45,652 bases of DNA from Priapulus caudatus (GCF_000485595.1 NW_014577090.1:476732-522383); one strand, 5' to 3'. Counted from the stretch's first letter, positions 9,478 to 23,078 are shown. Notes: generated from the letters alone by a model not told the origin. Numbers and translations: made by a program.

Positions 9478-10017
9478 CTTTACGGAGATGCCTCACACTT
9501 CACCCATTACGGAATCTTGATGCAGACGCGATCCATGTTGAGCGCATTGTCAGCAACAAACCGGTGCATGGCAACGCAATTTTCGTTCTACGAGTTGGAG
9601 AGAACAAAGACGCATATGATGTCACAATGTAAGTGTGAGCATAACTCCAGTATCTCGCAGCCACTACACAACAAAAATTGCTCGTATTAAGCTATAACCT
9701 CATATAAATATTGAGTACAGTCCAGCTCGCGGAAGAACGCGAGAGACCAAGGTTAATCAAATAGTTTTATCAGTAATGCGGATTGCACTTAAAAAAGTTT
9801 CCATTTAGCTATTGGCCTGACGTGAATAAAAAATAAATAATAACTAAAAACGTAAAATTCTTCACATTACCCGCATATAATAACCATTGACTTTTACTTA
9901 CTGCTGTACCATAAATATGTATCTCTAACCCCCATGCACTTACAAATATTTGGGTGTCATTATTAGTAGCGATCTTCGCTGGAATGTCCACATTAATTAT
10001 ATTTGTAAAAAAGCGTT

Positions 10018-11850
10018 TAGAATAGAATAGAATAGCGGTTTACAGGAATAGGCCCAAGGGCCTGTATCCGGTCTAATTAATACATCAAACCTCAATTTTG
10101 TTCATAGTCCCTCGCGATGTTAAATAATTCTAAAGTGGGTATTGGTCGTGGTATTGTAGCCTAGGTATTATGAGTATACGTTGGAAGGTAAATTCCCATT
10201 GTATACATATATATTCCCTATTGTATACATTACATCATGTGATCAGATAATTACATCATTACTATGTGACTAGTTAAGGTAGTCATATTGCAGGTGGGAC
10301 CAGTGCCTGTCAATTTTGTTTTTGAATTTATTTATCGTTTTTGGATATGACAATTTCTTCGGGCAGGGAATTCCAATCGCTGACGGTTCTAAAGCTAAAT
10401 GATTTCTTTTTGAGTGTATGATCTACTTGCCGTTTATACAGTTTAAGGCTATTGTATCTGAGACATTGTGTGTTGCTATCTAGTTTTAGCCACGGGTATT
10501 GGTCGTCGTATTTTTCATGTAATCGCTTCTAGACCTCGATCATGTCACCCGTCTTCTTCTGTATAAAAGTGATGGTAATTTTAACAGGCGTAGCCTTTCA
10601 TCATACGGCAGATTTGTTAACCCGGGTACTTGTTTGGTGGCATTTCGTTGTACGCTCTCGATATTTTCTTAGTGAAACCGATCTCGTCTGATAATGGGGC
10701 CCATACCGTGTTACCGTATTCAATTATGGGTCTTACCATGGATTTGAACAGTAATCTAAATATATCTTTTGACATGTAATGAAAGGTGCGCATGATTATG
10801 CCGACTATGCCCTTTGCTGCGCACACTTTCGTGTTTATATGGTCTTCGAAGGAGAGGCGTTTGTCCGTGATAATACCAAGATCCTGCTGTTGCTCAACAA
10901 ATTCCAAAACCGACACTGTGTTGGCTTCCCCTCTCATTTTATAGCTATAGTCAGCGTGACCTGTTCCTAGTCTGAGTACTTTACATTTTTTAGGATGGAA
11001 TTTCATCTGCCATGTACGTGCCCATTTTTCTAACCTATCCACATCTTCTTGAATGTTTTGACACGCTTCTACGCTACTAGCTTTGCCATATAGTTTTGTG
11101 TCGTCAGCGAATAGGCGGATTTTGTTGTGTATACCAACTGGAAGGTCATTTATGAATAAAATAAATAGTGCTGGGCCGAGTACACTGCCTTGAGGCACGC
11201 CACTTGTTACTGTAATTGGTGTGGAAACCTCACCATTTATCACCACTCTTTGTTCTCTGTTGCTAAGGTATTTTTTAATCCAGCAAAGTGTGTTACCTCT
11301 GATCCCCAGGGATTCTAACTTACTGGTTAGGAGTTCGTGTGGCACCTTGTCAAACGCTTTCTGAAAGTCAAAGTATACAATATCTATGGGCTCTTTCTTC
11401 TCCAATGAGTCAGTCCATTCTTCCAGAACAACCATCATCTGAGAGCTGCATGATCGGCTTTTTCTGAACCCGTATTGCTCCGCTGCGAGTAAGTTCTCTG
11501 CAGTCATATGATTAATGATGACTTCGGCGATCATCCCTTCCAAAAGTTTGCATAGAATGCAGGTCAGGCTCACCAGGCTCTCCCTTTCTTAAATATTGGC
11601 GTCACGTGTGCCATATGCCACATATGAAGGACTTCGCCCGATATCTTAAGTGATTTCTTAAATATTACTGTGACCACTGGGGCAATCATCTCTGCTAGCT
11701 CCTTTAGGATGAGAGAGAGGATGAATGTTATCTGGACCTGGTGATTTGTTTGCATCTAGTGCTTTTAGTCTTTTGGCCACATCGTTAACATCTATGTTAA
11801 CATCGAGAGCTGTCTTGTCATGTTGATTAATTACTGGCATATTTGAAGTT
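10018..11850 (-). mobile_element. 5'-truncated CR1-clade LINE
   Basis: Broken ORF2: KSPGPDNIHP, VTPIFKKG, YFDFQKAFDKVPH, GVPQGSVLGP, LFADDTK; C-terminal remnant WNSLPEE..HWSHLQYDYLN* (stop 10270-10272); 3' end has a small stem-loop (aggccc/gggcct) and an (ATTCT)n tail at 10018-10035. Confidence 0.9.
10617..11573 (-). pseudogene. LINE ORF2 reverse transcriptase fragment
   Basis: 318-aa open stretch with non-LTR RT motifs, bounded by frameshifts/deletions on both sides. Confidence 0.9.
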
Positions 11851-12245
11851 TATTAAAGGGTCGGAGATATATCGCTAACTACTTCTTGATTTATGCTCTC
11901 TAAATTAAATGTATAATTTAAACAAAATAGTATTTCGTTTTATGAAGGCTAGATTGACATAGGCCTATAGCCCCGTTAGTAACATATATCGCCACCTGTT
12001 GGCTGATTTCGATTTTATTAGCGTTATGTCACCCGGGGAAACCGAGCACCTTCTAATTAACAAGTAGAGATTCCGAATTTGTTACTCACGTCAGGCTACT
12101 TATGTAAGCATATAATCTCTGCTTTAATTTATAAAATAAATGTATAATTTAAATAAAATACATCTTATTTTACAGATACCGGGCATATGCGAACACAGGT
12201 CTCAAACTATAGTATAACGAAATTTTATGGGAATTGGTAATTTAT

Positions 12246-12790
12246 CAGGGCCGTAGCTTCTGAGGGGCGGGGAGCAAGCGGCAGCTGCCACCTAGATTTT
12301 GAAGATTCTAAAATTTTCACTTTGGCCGTAGCATTCTGTCACAGTTTTTCCTTATGCTATCGTACATATAGACATGGCGCTCGCGACGCTCGTCGCCGTT
12401 GTAATTCAATATAAATATCTTCGGCTGACATTAGGCATTCTAATTTGGCAGGGGCATGCCCTCGAGAGATGTGCAAGGTAAAATTCAATCTAAAATTTTC
12501 AGTTAGGCCGTAGCATTCTGTCACAGTTATTTCCCAATGTTACTGTACATAGAGATGACGCTCGCGGCGCTCGTCGCCGTTGTGATTCAATATAAATATC
12601 ATCAGCCGATCTTAAGCGTTCAAAATAGGCAGGGGCATGCCTGCGAGAGATGTGCATGGTAAATCCGACCTAAAATTTTCACTTTAGCCGCAGCATCCCG
12701 CCATAATCTTTTCCTATTCAAATGTAGATATAGGCATGGCGGTCGCGTTGGTATGTTTTGCGGCCAAACTTATACGCGCTAAAAATATCA
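12246..12790. repeat. About 181-bp tandem repeat (about 2.5 copies) behind a CAGGGCCGTAGC transposon-like end
   Basis: Units start taaaattttca at 12309, 12491 and 12671; preceded at 12246 by cagggccgtagct, similar to MITE ends at 27974 and 42468. Confidence 0.8.
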
Positions 12791-14901
12791 GAGGCATGCT
12801 TTTTCTAATTTTGTCAAATTTTAAGACGAAGTGAATTTTGTGATCGAGCTATAATCTCTTGGGCATTTGAACGAGCATTGGATGACATGCCGTATTATAA
12901 TTAATTAACTAAGATATTTATATCAAAATGTTTCACATAAAAATATTCCTGAGTATTTGCTCTCTACATGTGTATAACTTTACTAAAATTAAATATGTCT
13001 ATATTTCGTTTAGCAACATATATGCGCGCGATACCAGAGCTGCCCAATAAAAGAAACAACTTATAAACTTAATTTTAATCGGCCTTCTTATTAAATAAAG
13101 GAAGCAATCAGTTATCACAATTGCTTAATAATAATATATAATAATATAATAATAATAGTCTCAGTCTATCGCACGTTTTAAGTGGGTTTGCTGCTATATA
13201 ATAATTGATGATTAAGACATTGAGATCAGCCTTTCTTCACATCTAACTATTCCTTGCGTCTTTACTCATTACACACAAATTTTCATAAAGTAAAATGTTG
13301 ATGAAATTATATATGCAGGGCGGAGGGGCACAGCTATGGGTCAGTTTCCCTCCGGTCGTGGATGCGCCAGCGGCCCGTAATCAACAGCTCAGAACACACA
13401 TCGCGCGTGACTTTGTCCATCTATCTAGTCAATTGGAGTTTAGTACGGCTCTGTACTGACGGTACTGACTCTGTAAAGACGGCTCTGTAAGATGACGGTC
13501 GTGAATCGTGCCTTATGAGACTACGTACTCCACATGTGCGCTACAATATGCGCATGCGTCGATGTGCGCACGTGTATGTACGTTTGTGTCCGTGCATGCG
13601 TGTGTAAGCGTGCGAGTTTATGTCTATAATTATGTTCATGGTGTGATTTGAGAACTTCAGCGTTTATTTCCGTTTTGCTTTCCAGAGCATCAGCGGTCGT
13701 TTGCACAAGATTTTCGACTGACAGTTGACTTCTAAGGGATTAATCGCCGAGGCTGAATTGGCGCGTGGTGAACAATGAGAAGTTACATATTTCATGCATT
13801 CCGCGAGCTTTAATCGAGAAAATTGTGATCATGTCTAATCATAACAATAAGCAAAGCAAGAGCAAATTCTAAGGCAACTATTTCTTTATTCACGTGGTTT
13901 TGAACAAACATTCATTCGTCTTAATTAAAATCCATAATTAAAATTTCAACATAAATCTAGATTAGAATGCAAGTTCAGGTCAGTGGCCTAAACAGATCCA
14001 TAGGGGATGCAGTAACTCAACTGATTTACGTCGAGAGAATACAGTTTTGGGCATTGCAAAAAAGGAACCACGTGTATGATAGGACGCTTTACTGATAATT
14101 CGTTCTATGATTGGTTCTAAATATTTTATGCTTATTTACATTTATGAGGTTTATTATATAATTTTCCCGCACAATCTCAAGGGGACAGTTACAATAACGC
14201 CAGGCTATGGTGCCTTAAAGTTGGAATAAAGAACATAGCCCTCATGTGGAAGTAAAGCTTAATGACTAGACCGCTTTTTCCATTCTAATTTATCAACAAT
14301 TCCCTCAAGCGCTAACTACAGAATCAATACATTTCACGCATTACAGTATTAGTTATGTCATTGACTACACGCGGGAAATGGCTGAAGGAGGGGAGTGGAG
14401 AATGTGCGTGCTTGTACGTGAAAATGGGTAAATGAGAGAGACGGGGACCGCTAGCGAGGGACAGAGGGAGAGAGAAAAGGTGACAAGGAGAGAGGAGGAT
14501 AACGGCGGGGTAGGGAGCAATGGAGTAAATTAGTCTGTCCATGTTTATTTGCGCGCAGGTATCATCAATAATATATAACTCTATATTCGCATGGACGTAT
14601 TATTACAGCCGACTACAACTAAACGATAGAGAATATGTACACTGAGCCTCCTCCATACGAATAACCGGTGACACTGCATGCAGTATAGGTAGTACAATAA
14701 GGCAGGCTCGTAAAAATTCCTAGACATGTGAAGGAAGAATGTCCATGTCAAACAGCTAGCTAGGGAACCGTTGTTTGACATCCGCATCCGGAAAGTTCGG
14801 CCGGACGCAGCGGATTGTGGCGCCAAGGAAATCCACGCATGCGCACGGGAGGCGCTCGTTTAGGGGTTCACGCTGTGAGACATGCGCTGCGCATGCGCAA
14901 T

Positions 14902-14952
<51 letters not shown>

Positions 14953-15131
14953 TACTCACACGACAGCCGTATAACCAGAAAACACGATCTTATAACATTA
15001 AGAAACAGATTAAGAGTTCACTATGCCCAAGAAGGTGTAAAATCATTGGTACCAGATAACTGTATCGACTTTTATACTATTGACAAGCACACAACATATG
15101 TCTTAAACATTTCAAAGCATCTACATCGTTA

Positions 15132-15181
<50 letters not shown>

Positions 15182-16353
15182 AATTACGACTAGTACATTA
15201 GTATGTGATTGTATAGCATCACTTCAACATTCTGCAGACTATTATATTTACAAACAATATCAAAGTTGCTCTATATTAAAGCATATAACTATATAGTTCA
15301 TCAACTCTCTCTCTCTCTCTGTGTAATTCTACGGGGAACCATATTTCGATGACCCAGCGGGCGGATCGACTATGGCATGTGGAACATCAGTAACAGCTTC
15401 ACTTACACAGACTCACGAGCAATATGTATGGGAGCAGACGTCTTCATGCCTCACTCTAACAATTCCCAACACCGACAGTCATGTTAATGTTACATCAAAA
15501 GCATTTCGGCTCCGAGTTGACAGCAATGGTGTTTGCTGACAGTATAATAATGTTCAGTACATACAGTTCTATAGCTGATTTAACCAAAATTTGGTATAAT
15601 ACAGATATTCAGACCAAATACCTAGTGGGCTGTAGCGCGCACGCAGGTGGTAGCGTGCGCATTGTCCACAGTCACCTAAACCAGGAACGGTTACGTCACA
15701 ATTCATAATAAGTATTAATATGTATACGTCACTACGGCTGTGTACGTGATACAACGAAGACATGTACATCATTTACCAATGACGTAATCGGGCACCGTTA
15801 CTTGCACGTTTATAACATTTAGTCGTATATTGAGAGAACACTTAGCGTGAACCTAGCACGTCATTATACTATTTCTACAATTTAACTAGATGCCGTTACA
15901 CGATGCAGTTCCCGTTGCCGTATGGTTCACGAGAACACCGTGTCACACCATCGTTTATACGTACATCCGAGCAAATCTAACCGTTATCATTTCAAATCTC
16001 CACGCATCATTGCGATTTCCGCTAGGAGCCGCGAACATATGACGAGCTACTACTAACCGCATACAAATGGTTCTGTGATCACCGTACGCTTGCTTTTGAC
16101 GTAACCAGCGCTGTCCCGTGTTGTTGTTTAACGGCTAGCATTCTTGGTAATGTATATACGAGGCTTACGCTTATACACCATGCTTTAGCGCGCACCTTCT
16201 ACTCGGCAATTTTTAGCCACACGTTGAATCATAGCCAGACTGCTCATACAAAACAAAGTAAGGCCGTTATTTCCCTTACGGCTGGACAGATTTGTGTCTG
16301 AGTAGCACGTGTGACGTTTTTGCCCACGTGATGAATACTTTCGTGGGAGCCCT

Positions 16354-17571
16354 CTAGAGGGCGGTGGCGTTGCAGTCGGGCTCTAAGTTGTTGGTGGTGT
16401 GGTTCTGTCCGTTGGTGATATCCGTGAGCAGCATGCTCTTCGGATCCGTGTGTACCCTCGAGTGGCACATGCTCGTCACATGCGTCGACTCCGTCTCGTC
16501 ATCGTCGTCGGAATCGGCGCCGTGCTTCCTGCGCCGCGAATCCGCGCGAGACTTGGAGCCGCGACCCGGAAACGTGCTCGTCTCGACGACGAATCCGGAG
16601 TCATTTCCGGCGGCGCACCTGAACGCCTTGATGAAGCTCTTCTTAAAGTTTTCACTGAGAAACGCGTACAAAATCGGATTGACGGCCGAATTGGCGTAGG
16701 CGAGCGCGTACACGAAGGTAGATAAGGCAATGTAGAGCGAGTTGACTTCCATCTCGCTGGCGAGGGCCAGCAGCAACTGCAGCGACCAGTAGGGCAGCCA
16801 GCAGAAGATGTAGACGGTGATGACGACGAGCACCATCTTGGTGACGCGGCGGTGACTGCGCTTCTTCTCCTTGGACTTCTTGCGCGGCCCGACCGTCTTC
16901 AGCCGCTGCAGAACCATCACGTAGAAGGTCATAGTCAGTGCGACGGGGATGCCGAAACCCAACAGCAGTGAGTAGACGACGAACGCCTTCTCGGCCTTGA
17001 TCAGCTGCCCGCCTGGCCAGAGCACGGTGCAGGTGGGTCCGCCGCCGGTCGTGCGCGCGTACATAATCACCGGGATCATGACGAGCACGGATATCGTCCA
17101 CACGCACGCGCACACGATCTTCGCGTGCAGCGGCGTGCGGTACTTGACGGATTTGACGGGATGGCAGACGGCGAGGTAGCGATCGCTGCTCATGACGGCC
17201 AGGAACAGGCTGCTCGTGAACTGATTCACGCTCGCCGTAATCATGTACAGCTTGCACATAGCGAAGCCGAACGGCCAGTGTTTGAGCACCATCGTCGTGA
17301 CGAGGAACGGCAGTCCGATGAGATACATCTCGTCGGCGATCGCCAGATTCATGATGTACATGTTGGTGACGGTCTTCATCTTGGCGAAGCGCAGAACGAC
17401 GTAGATGACGAGCGTGTTGCCGACCATGCCGACGATGCAGATGATCGTGTACATCGTCATCGATATGCGCTCGGCTATTATCGACGCCAGGTGGAGCCTG
17501 GCGTCGTCGTCGTCCGTGTCGTTCAGCGACGCGTTGCTGTATGACGTCACGCTGCTGTAGTTGGCGGCCAT
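16354..17571 (-). CDS. AstC-R: Allatostatin-C / somatostatin receptor-like class A GPCR, single coding exon, 405 aa
   Basis: Kozak gccaaccATGG; sequons NYS/NAS/NDT; GNTLVIYVVLRFAKMKTVTNMYIMNLAIAD, NQFTSS, DRYLAVCHP, FCWLPYW, NPILYAFLSENFK; seven hydrophobic helices; strong GC3 bias. Confidence 0.95.
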   Translation of the reverse strand: MAANYSSVTSYSNASLNDTDDDDARLHLASIIAERISMTMYTIICIVGMVGNTLVIYVVLRFAKMKTVTNMYIMNLAIADEMYLIGLPFLVTTMVLKHWPFGFAMCKLYMITASVNQFTSSLFLAVMSSDRYLAVCHPVKSVKYRTPLHAKIVCACVWTISVLVMIPVIMYARTTGGGPTCTVLWPGGQLIKAEKAFVVYSLLLGFGIPVALTMTFYVMVLQRLKTVGPRKKSKEKKRSHRRVTKMVLVVITVYIFCWLPYWSLQLLLALASEMEVNSLYIALSTFVYALAYANSAVNPILYAFLSENFKKSFIKAFRCAAGNDSGFVVETSTFPGRGSKSRADSRRRKHGADSDDDDETESTHVTSMCHSRVHTDPKSMLLTDITNGQNHTTNNLEPDCNATAL

Positions 17572-18010
17572 GGTTGGCGGCAGAAATATATGCGAAACGT
17601 GATGTGTAGCAGGTGGCTCCCTCTGTAGGAGATATGTGTCGGGAATCGAATATCGTCGGTTCGTATGTCAAACCCGCGTGTTGACGGCGGCTTTTAGATG
17701 ATATGATAGCCTTTCGACTTGGTACTCAACGCAGTTGTTCTTTATAACCTTAGCCCAGCAACGTAATGTAAGTTTCAGTATGTTTTCCTCAGGCTTGACA
17801 CGATTGCTGTCGTGCGCACGTCAGCGAGAGAGACAGTGACACAGGGCGGTACGACCGGGCAACCTGTGTGAGTACTATGCTAATTGCAGACCACGCTAAT
17901 GCTACTTATGTCACTATTCATTATCTTGCCGATACGGCGTCTGCGCATGCGCACGGCGGACAACACTCAGTGCCCGTTGATTGACTCGCGGTCATTTCAC
18001 ACGATATGAT

Positions 18011-18014
<4 letters not shown>

Positions 18015-18078
<64 letters not shown>

Positions 18079-18086
18079 TCTCTCTC

Positions 18087-18120
<34 letters not shown>
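18015..18120. repeat. (CT)n microsatellite
   Basis: Long tc run with few interruptions. Confidence 0.95.
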
Positions 18121-19717
18121 TCTCTTCACTGCGCTGGGCACGCTAGTTATTATGAAGCCTGTCTCTATGTAACCCGAGCACTCTACAGGTATGGTTCTTC
18201 GTCACACCCCGCGATGCTTCTGCAGACATTCAGAGCCTCAAAATGGCAACCGTTGGTTATGCTGGCGACTTCAGCAACGATGTAGGATTTCCCAACCAAG
18301 TAGACACACCACGCCAATAATTTGCATCGGTTATCCTATACGCGGTGTCTATAGTCGGGCTGTGGTCGTTCTTCTAATGGCTTCAGTAGCGAGTTGGCGT
18401 CTCTCTCTATCTGTGTGTGGGTGTGTATGTCTTCCTTTTTCGGAGTAAGCACACGGGTCACTGAAACGAGCAACGAAGGTCCAGGTGTTAGACAAGCGGG
18501 GCGGCGGTAGAGTAAACGTTAACGTCGACAGCAGCAGCTGAATCTACAGGCGCGAATTCACGGAGTGGAAACGTGTTTACGCCATCGATGTCACCCCGCA
18601 TTCGTGTGCGCATGCGCGTGGGGGGATGGTAACGCACTGAGAAGCTAACAACTTGACTCTGCACCTATTATTAACACAACGCCGCGTGTATGTGCTTAGC
18701 GGCGAAAGCAAACACGCGAAGCAGTCTTTTAATTAAGACAATGTTGGCGCGACAAACATAGAACTGACTATCTCATACGCATTCTGTTAAGGGAAGGAGG
18801 ACGCAGGCGAGTGATCGAGAGAAGGCAGTGAGCGATGGGGGATAGGAAGAGGCGGGAGGAGAGATGAAAAGCTAGGTCGGGTGAACAGCTGGAGATGAAA
18901 AACGTAAAGCGCAGTCTACGCGCATAGTACATCTATTTATCTGTATATATATAATATATTATATATATAATATATATATACTATATATATATATAATATA
19001 TGTATAAAGGATTCATATTCATATGGGGACTGAAAGGCGTTCTAGATTTCTCGTACGACCAATGATTAACGTTCGCGCATGATAAATTAATGCAGATTGA
19101 ATTCGTTGTGGACAGACTATAAAGCTCAACATACCAACTCACTAGAAACATTAGCTTGGTTCCAGCTTTCAAATATCTCCGATTGATATTTCTGAACTGT
19201 AACGAAATGAAATAAAAGGTGTACACTGTTGACTGTGAGTGAATTATTACCACAATCACGGCTTACCCTCACCGACCACCACCACCACCACACTAACGGC
19301 TACTGCATCTGATCCTGTCCCTATAGCCTCGACACATTTTACAAAATAACGTTAGCGTCGGCTGATTTCATTTTCTCGGTCGTACGTGTTTCTAGATCAG
19401 CTGCACTGTAGTTATTGTCACACAGACGCTAGTCCCACACTGTCAGAGCACCGCGACTGTTACTGCTGCTATCTGCACCTAGCAGACACCGAGATCATAG
19501 CTTCCCTCCGCATGTCTCTACTCATTACCAGCAAAGCCTTATTAAATCATGGCATCATTCCTAGCCAATTACGATGGAAGACGAACGACATGTCGCCCTT
19601 GATTCCTGCTGGAAGACTGTAATCATGTCTATAAGCTCTATAATGAGTGTATCGTCATGAAACCTGGTCAGAGATCTGACGACGCGCGCTGATACGATAT
19701 GTAGCTGTTGGTTCCTT

Positions 19718-19804
19718 ACACACACGCATGCGCACGCGCACATGCACACACACACACACGCCCACGCACATGCGCGCGCGCACACACACACACACGCACA
19801 TGCG

Positions 19805-19838
<34 letters not shown>

Positions 19839-19934
19839 ACACACACACACGTATGCGCCGAGGCAAGACACACACACGCATCGCACACACACACCGCGCG
19901 CACCACACACACACACACACACCGCACCGCAACG

Positions 19935-19967
<33 letters not shown>

Positions 19968-20290
19968 ACGCACATGCGCGCAAAGACACACGCACACGCA
20001 CCACACACATACGCACACACACACACACACCACACACACACACCACACACCACCACACACACACACACGCACACAACACACACACACACACACTCTACGC
20101 ACACGCACACCGACACAGCACACGCGAATCACCACGACGCCACGCCACATGCGCGCACACACACACATACATATAAACAAAACACATGTACAACACGACA
20201 AAGACACACACCGCGCCGCCGCGCCACACACGCACACACACGCACACAAACAGCGCAAGCGCACGCCACGCACGCACACACACACATGCT
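19718..20290. repeat. Degenerate (CA)n/(CG)n tract
   Basis: About 570 bp of alternating purine-pyrimidine sequence; source of the HT/CV ORFs. Confidence 0.93.
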
Positions 20291-22012
20291 GCTTACAAGG
20301 CTGTCCTGTCGCTGTGCCCCGGTCTACGTAGCGGTTTACGTTCACCTCAGTAACACGCACTACTCCTCCACTCGGCTTCAGTCCTACTACACACATCCAT
20401 ACATATATGTCACATACACGCACCAGGCCGACACGCGTCTGCGACAGTGGCGATGTCGCGTTATTAGGTAATCGAATTTCAGAGGCACTCCAAGCTTTTC
20501 AGACACGATTACGTACTGGCGCGTGTACCGGGGGCACTGACACGCGCCGATGGGAATGTACGCTCGCAGCGAGCGCAGCAAGCCGCAGTGCGCCGTAACC
20601 CTTTGACTTCTCTCTCCCCACTGATTTCTGCCAATTAAGGGACGCTGTGCGCATGCGTATTCGCAACTGGAGGCATGCGCGCGGTCATATGACATGAAAG
20701 AAACCATGGACGGGACCTGTGTAGTGTATGAATACGGTGCGCGACAACAGAGGGCGTGGTTAGAGGTATTTTCATCATTCGTATTATGCCATGAGATCAC
20801 CCGTATGAAAAATGTGTTCTCTTCGTCTAGTTATTTTGTAATCACGGGCACCATCAATCTTCGAGCCTGGCTGCAAGGTACGAGTATTTCGACTATAATT
20901 TAAGCGATAAACATGAGGGTTTTCCGCAAAAATAGCAACCAATGTTTATATAAGCCTTTCCTTTGAGCGAGTGATTTACAGTCACGGGCACATTACAACG
21001 CCGAAAGATTCTGGAGCCAGTCCTATTACTAACGGACAACTTGAAACATGAGCGTAACTGTCACATCACTATCCGCACACAGAGACCGAGATCTGCGACC
21101 GACCGTAATTAAATGTATTTAATCTTCACGCTAACAAACAGGATTAGCTTCCATCCTTAATTAAATTCGTCCTAATTGAATTTTTGCAAAAAAAACAACA
21201 ACTCGCGCTGTTGCCGGAGATGACAAATTATCGTTTCCTAGCGTGTCAAATGTGCGAAAACCGTACCGAGCAGGTAGGCTAGCAGCTAGGTGAGTTGTCG
21301 TTTCAGTTGTTACGACAAACTAATATAAGATAAACCAAAGATATATATTGCGCTGATGACTGTTATGTGATACGCCGACCCCAGACAGGAAAATAGTTTT
21401 TTTTACTAGAACATAAGAAACGCTCTGTTTCACTCGAGCGTAGTGTTACAGTACTACGTTGCCGGTGTACATCCCCCTCTACATTGCGCGTGGGCATGGG
21501 AATTTGACCTTTATTTTCAATGCGCAATGTAAACGAGAAGCCTTGTCATAAGGAGGTGTGTATCGTGCTGTACGCTTGGACTGGACTTCACTAGACGATA
21601 TTTCATGCGATCACGAGGCTCTCCAACGATGCTAAAGCCACAGCATCTGCCAGCAAACGCTGTCCCGCCGTTGCATGCGTAATTCGACCTTGGCGAGACA
21701 CGATCTTGTGTTTCTGGAGAATTTCTCGTTCGTCATCGGTCGCGAACCGTCGCTGTTTAGAGTAAGTAACGAGCATTCAGATGTCATAAAAGCGGGTAAA
21801 TTGAATACGCTGGTGGTGCTAAGGGAGCGACGGATCAATTCCGTAGGCTTGGCGCCAAAGTGGTCGTTATGCGACATCGCAACTCGATATTCAATCAAAG
21901 TAAGTACCCGGCAAAGCAAGCTAAGACGCTGCGTGGAACCTGCGAGACTGCTACTCAGACCAGGCGGCCAAAACAGGAATGTCACAGCACGTTCTAACCA
22001 AGCAGTGACGCG

Positions 22013-22370
22013 GTCACGTTACGACATGACGTCATCATGAAACTGTAGTATAGCCACGTTACGACATGACGTCATCATAAAGCTGTAGCATAGCCACGTT
22101 ACGACCTGACGTCATCATGAAGCTGTAGCATAGTCACGTTACGACATGACGTCATCATGAAGCTGTAGCATAGCCACGTTACGGCACGATGAAGCTGTAG
22201 CATGGCCACGTTACGGCATGATGAAGCTGTAACGTGGCCATGATACTGCATGATAAAGCTGTTACATACACAGCTTACGGTGTGACGTCACGATGAAGCT
22301 TTAACATGGCCACGTCACTGTATTATGTTACGATGAACCTCTAACATGGCCACGTTAAGGCATGATGTAA
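22013..22370. repeat. 40-bp minisatellite carrying TGACGTCA (CRE) motifs
   Basis: Unit cacgttacgacatgacgtcatcatgaagctgtagcatagc, four full copies then shorter degenerate units; TGACGTCA at 22027, 22067, 22107, 22147 and 22283. Confidence 0.9.
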
Positions 22371-22654
22371 TATATTATACAAGCAGTACACTTGCGCATG
22401 GAAACGTTGAAATCTCTGTCTATACGCATTCGAAAACGTATACATGTATATTGCCTGCATCTAAACTGCGTGGGAATTCTGCAAAACGTAATTGCACGAC
22501 GCTGGGTATTAAAGTGTCTTATTTCGATCATTCTTTATCTACAATTGAAAAGCTTCCATTTCTCCCTCATTTGACATGTTTTCTATAAATGCGAAGCTCG
22601 AAACCCCCGCATATATAACAGCAATCGCGTTTAGCAAAATCCACAATATCTGTA

Positions 22655-22815
22655 CTATAGTTAGCATCCTATGTAGTTAACCATTTATTTTTTCTATAGT
22701 GAATTATACTGTGTAGTTCACCAATATCTTTCCTATAGTGAACTTACTGCGAAGCTAACCAATATTTGTCCTATAGTGAACATACTGTGTAGCTAACCAA
22801 TATTTTTCCTATAGA
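22655..22815. repeat. About 38-bp minisatellite, about 4 copies
   Basis: Recurring ctatagtgaa..tactg.g.ag.taaccaatatt unit. Confidence 0.8.
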
Positions 22816-23029
22816 AAACTTTGACATAGTATCATGCAGCATCTTGTATCGCGACAGGAATCAGGTAGATAGATGAACAGAACAAACTGTGCATTGTTAA
22901 AAATATGACATATTTTCCTACATGTATTTGCTGAGCATCAGCGAAATACGTGCTAAGAACAGTACGCATTCATCACGCAGGAAGCGAAAAACGTGCCCAT
23001 ATATTATACGCTAGCTGCGAAATAGGAAT

Positions 23030-23078
<49 letters not shown>

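Noticed and set aside
16652..17671. 339-aa alternative-frame ORF and antisense ORFs overlapping the GPCR
   Set aside because: Starts at TTG, is Arg/His-rich, and is the expected shadow of GC3-biased codons.
21352..21405. ctgatga-ctgt...acag-gaaa hammerhead-like core
   Set aside because: No stem III/UH site or complementary stem I strand follows.
22013..22370. CRISPR-like regular spacing here and at 27290-27725 and 42637-43130
   Set aside because: Units are contiguous with no unique spacers, there are no cas genes, and the context is eukaryotic; these are minisatellites.
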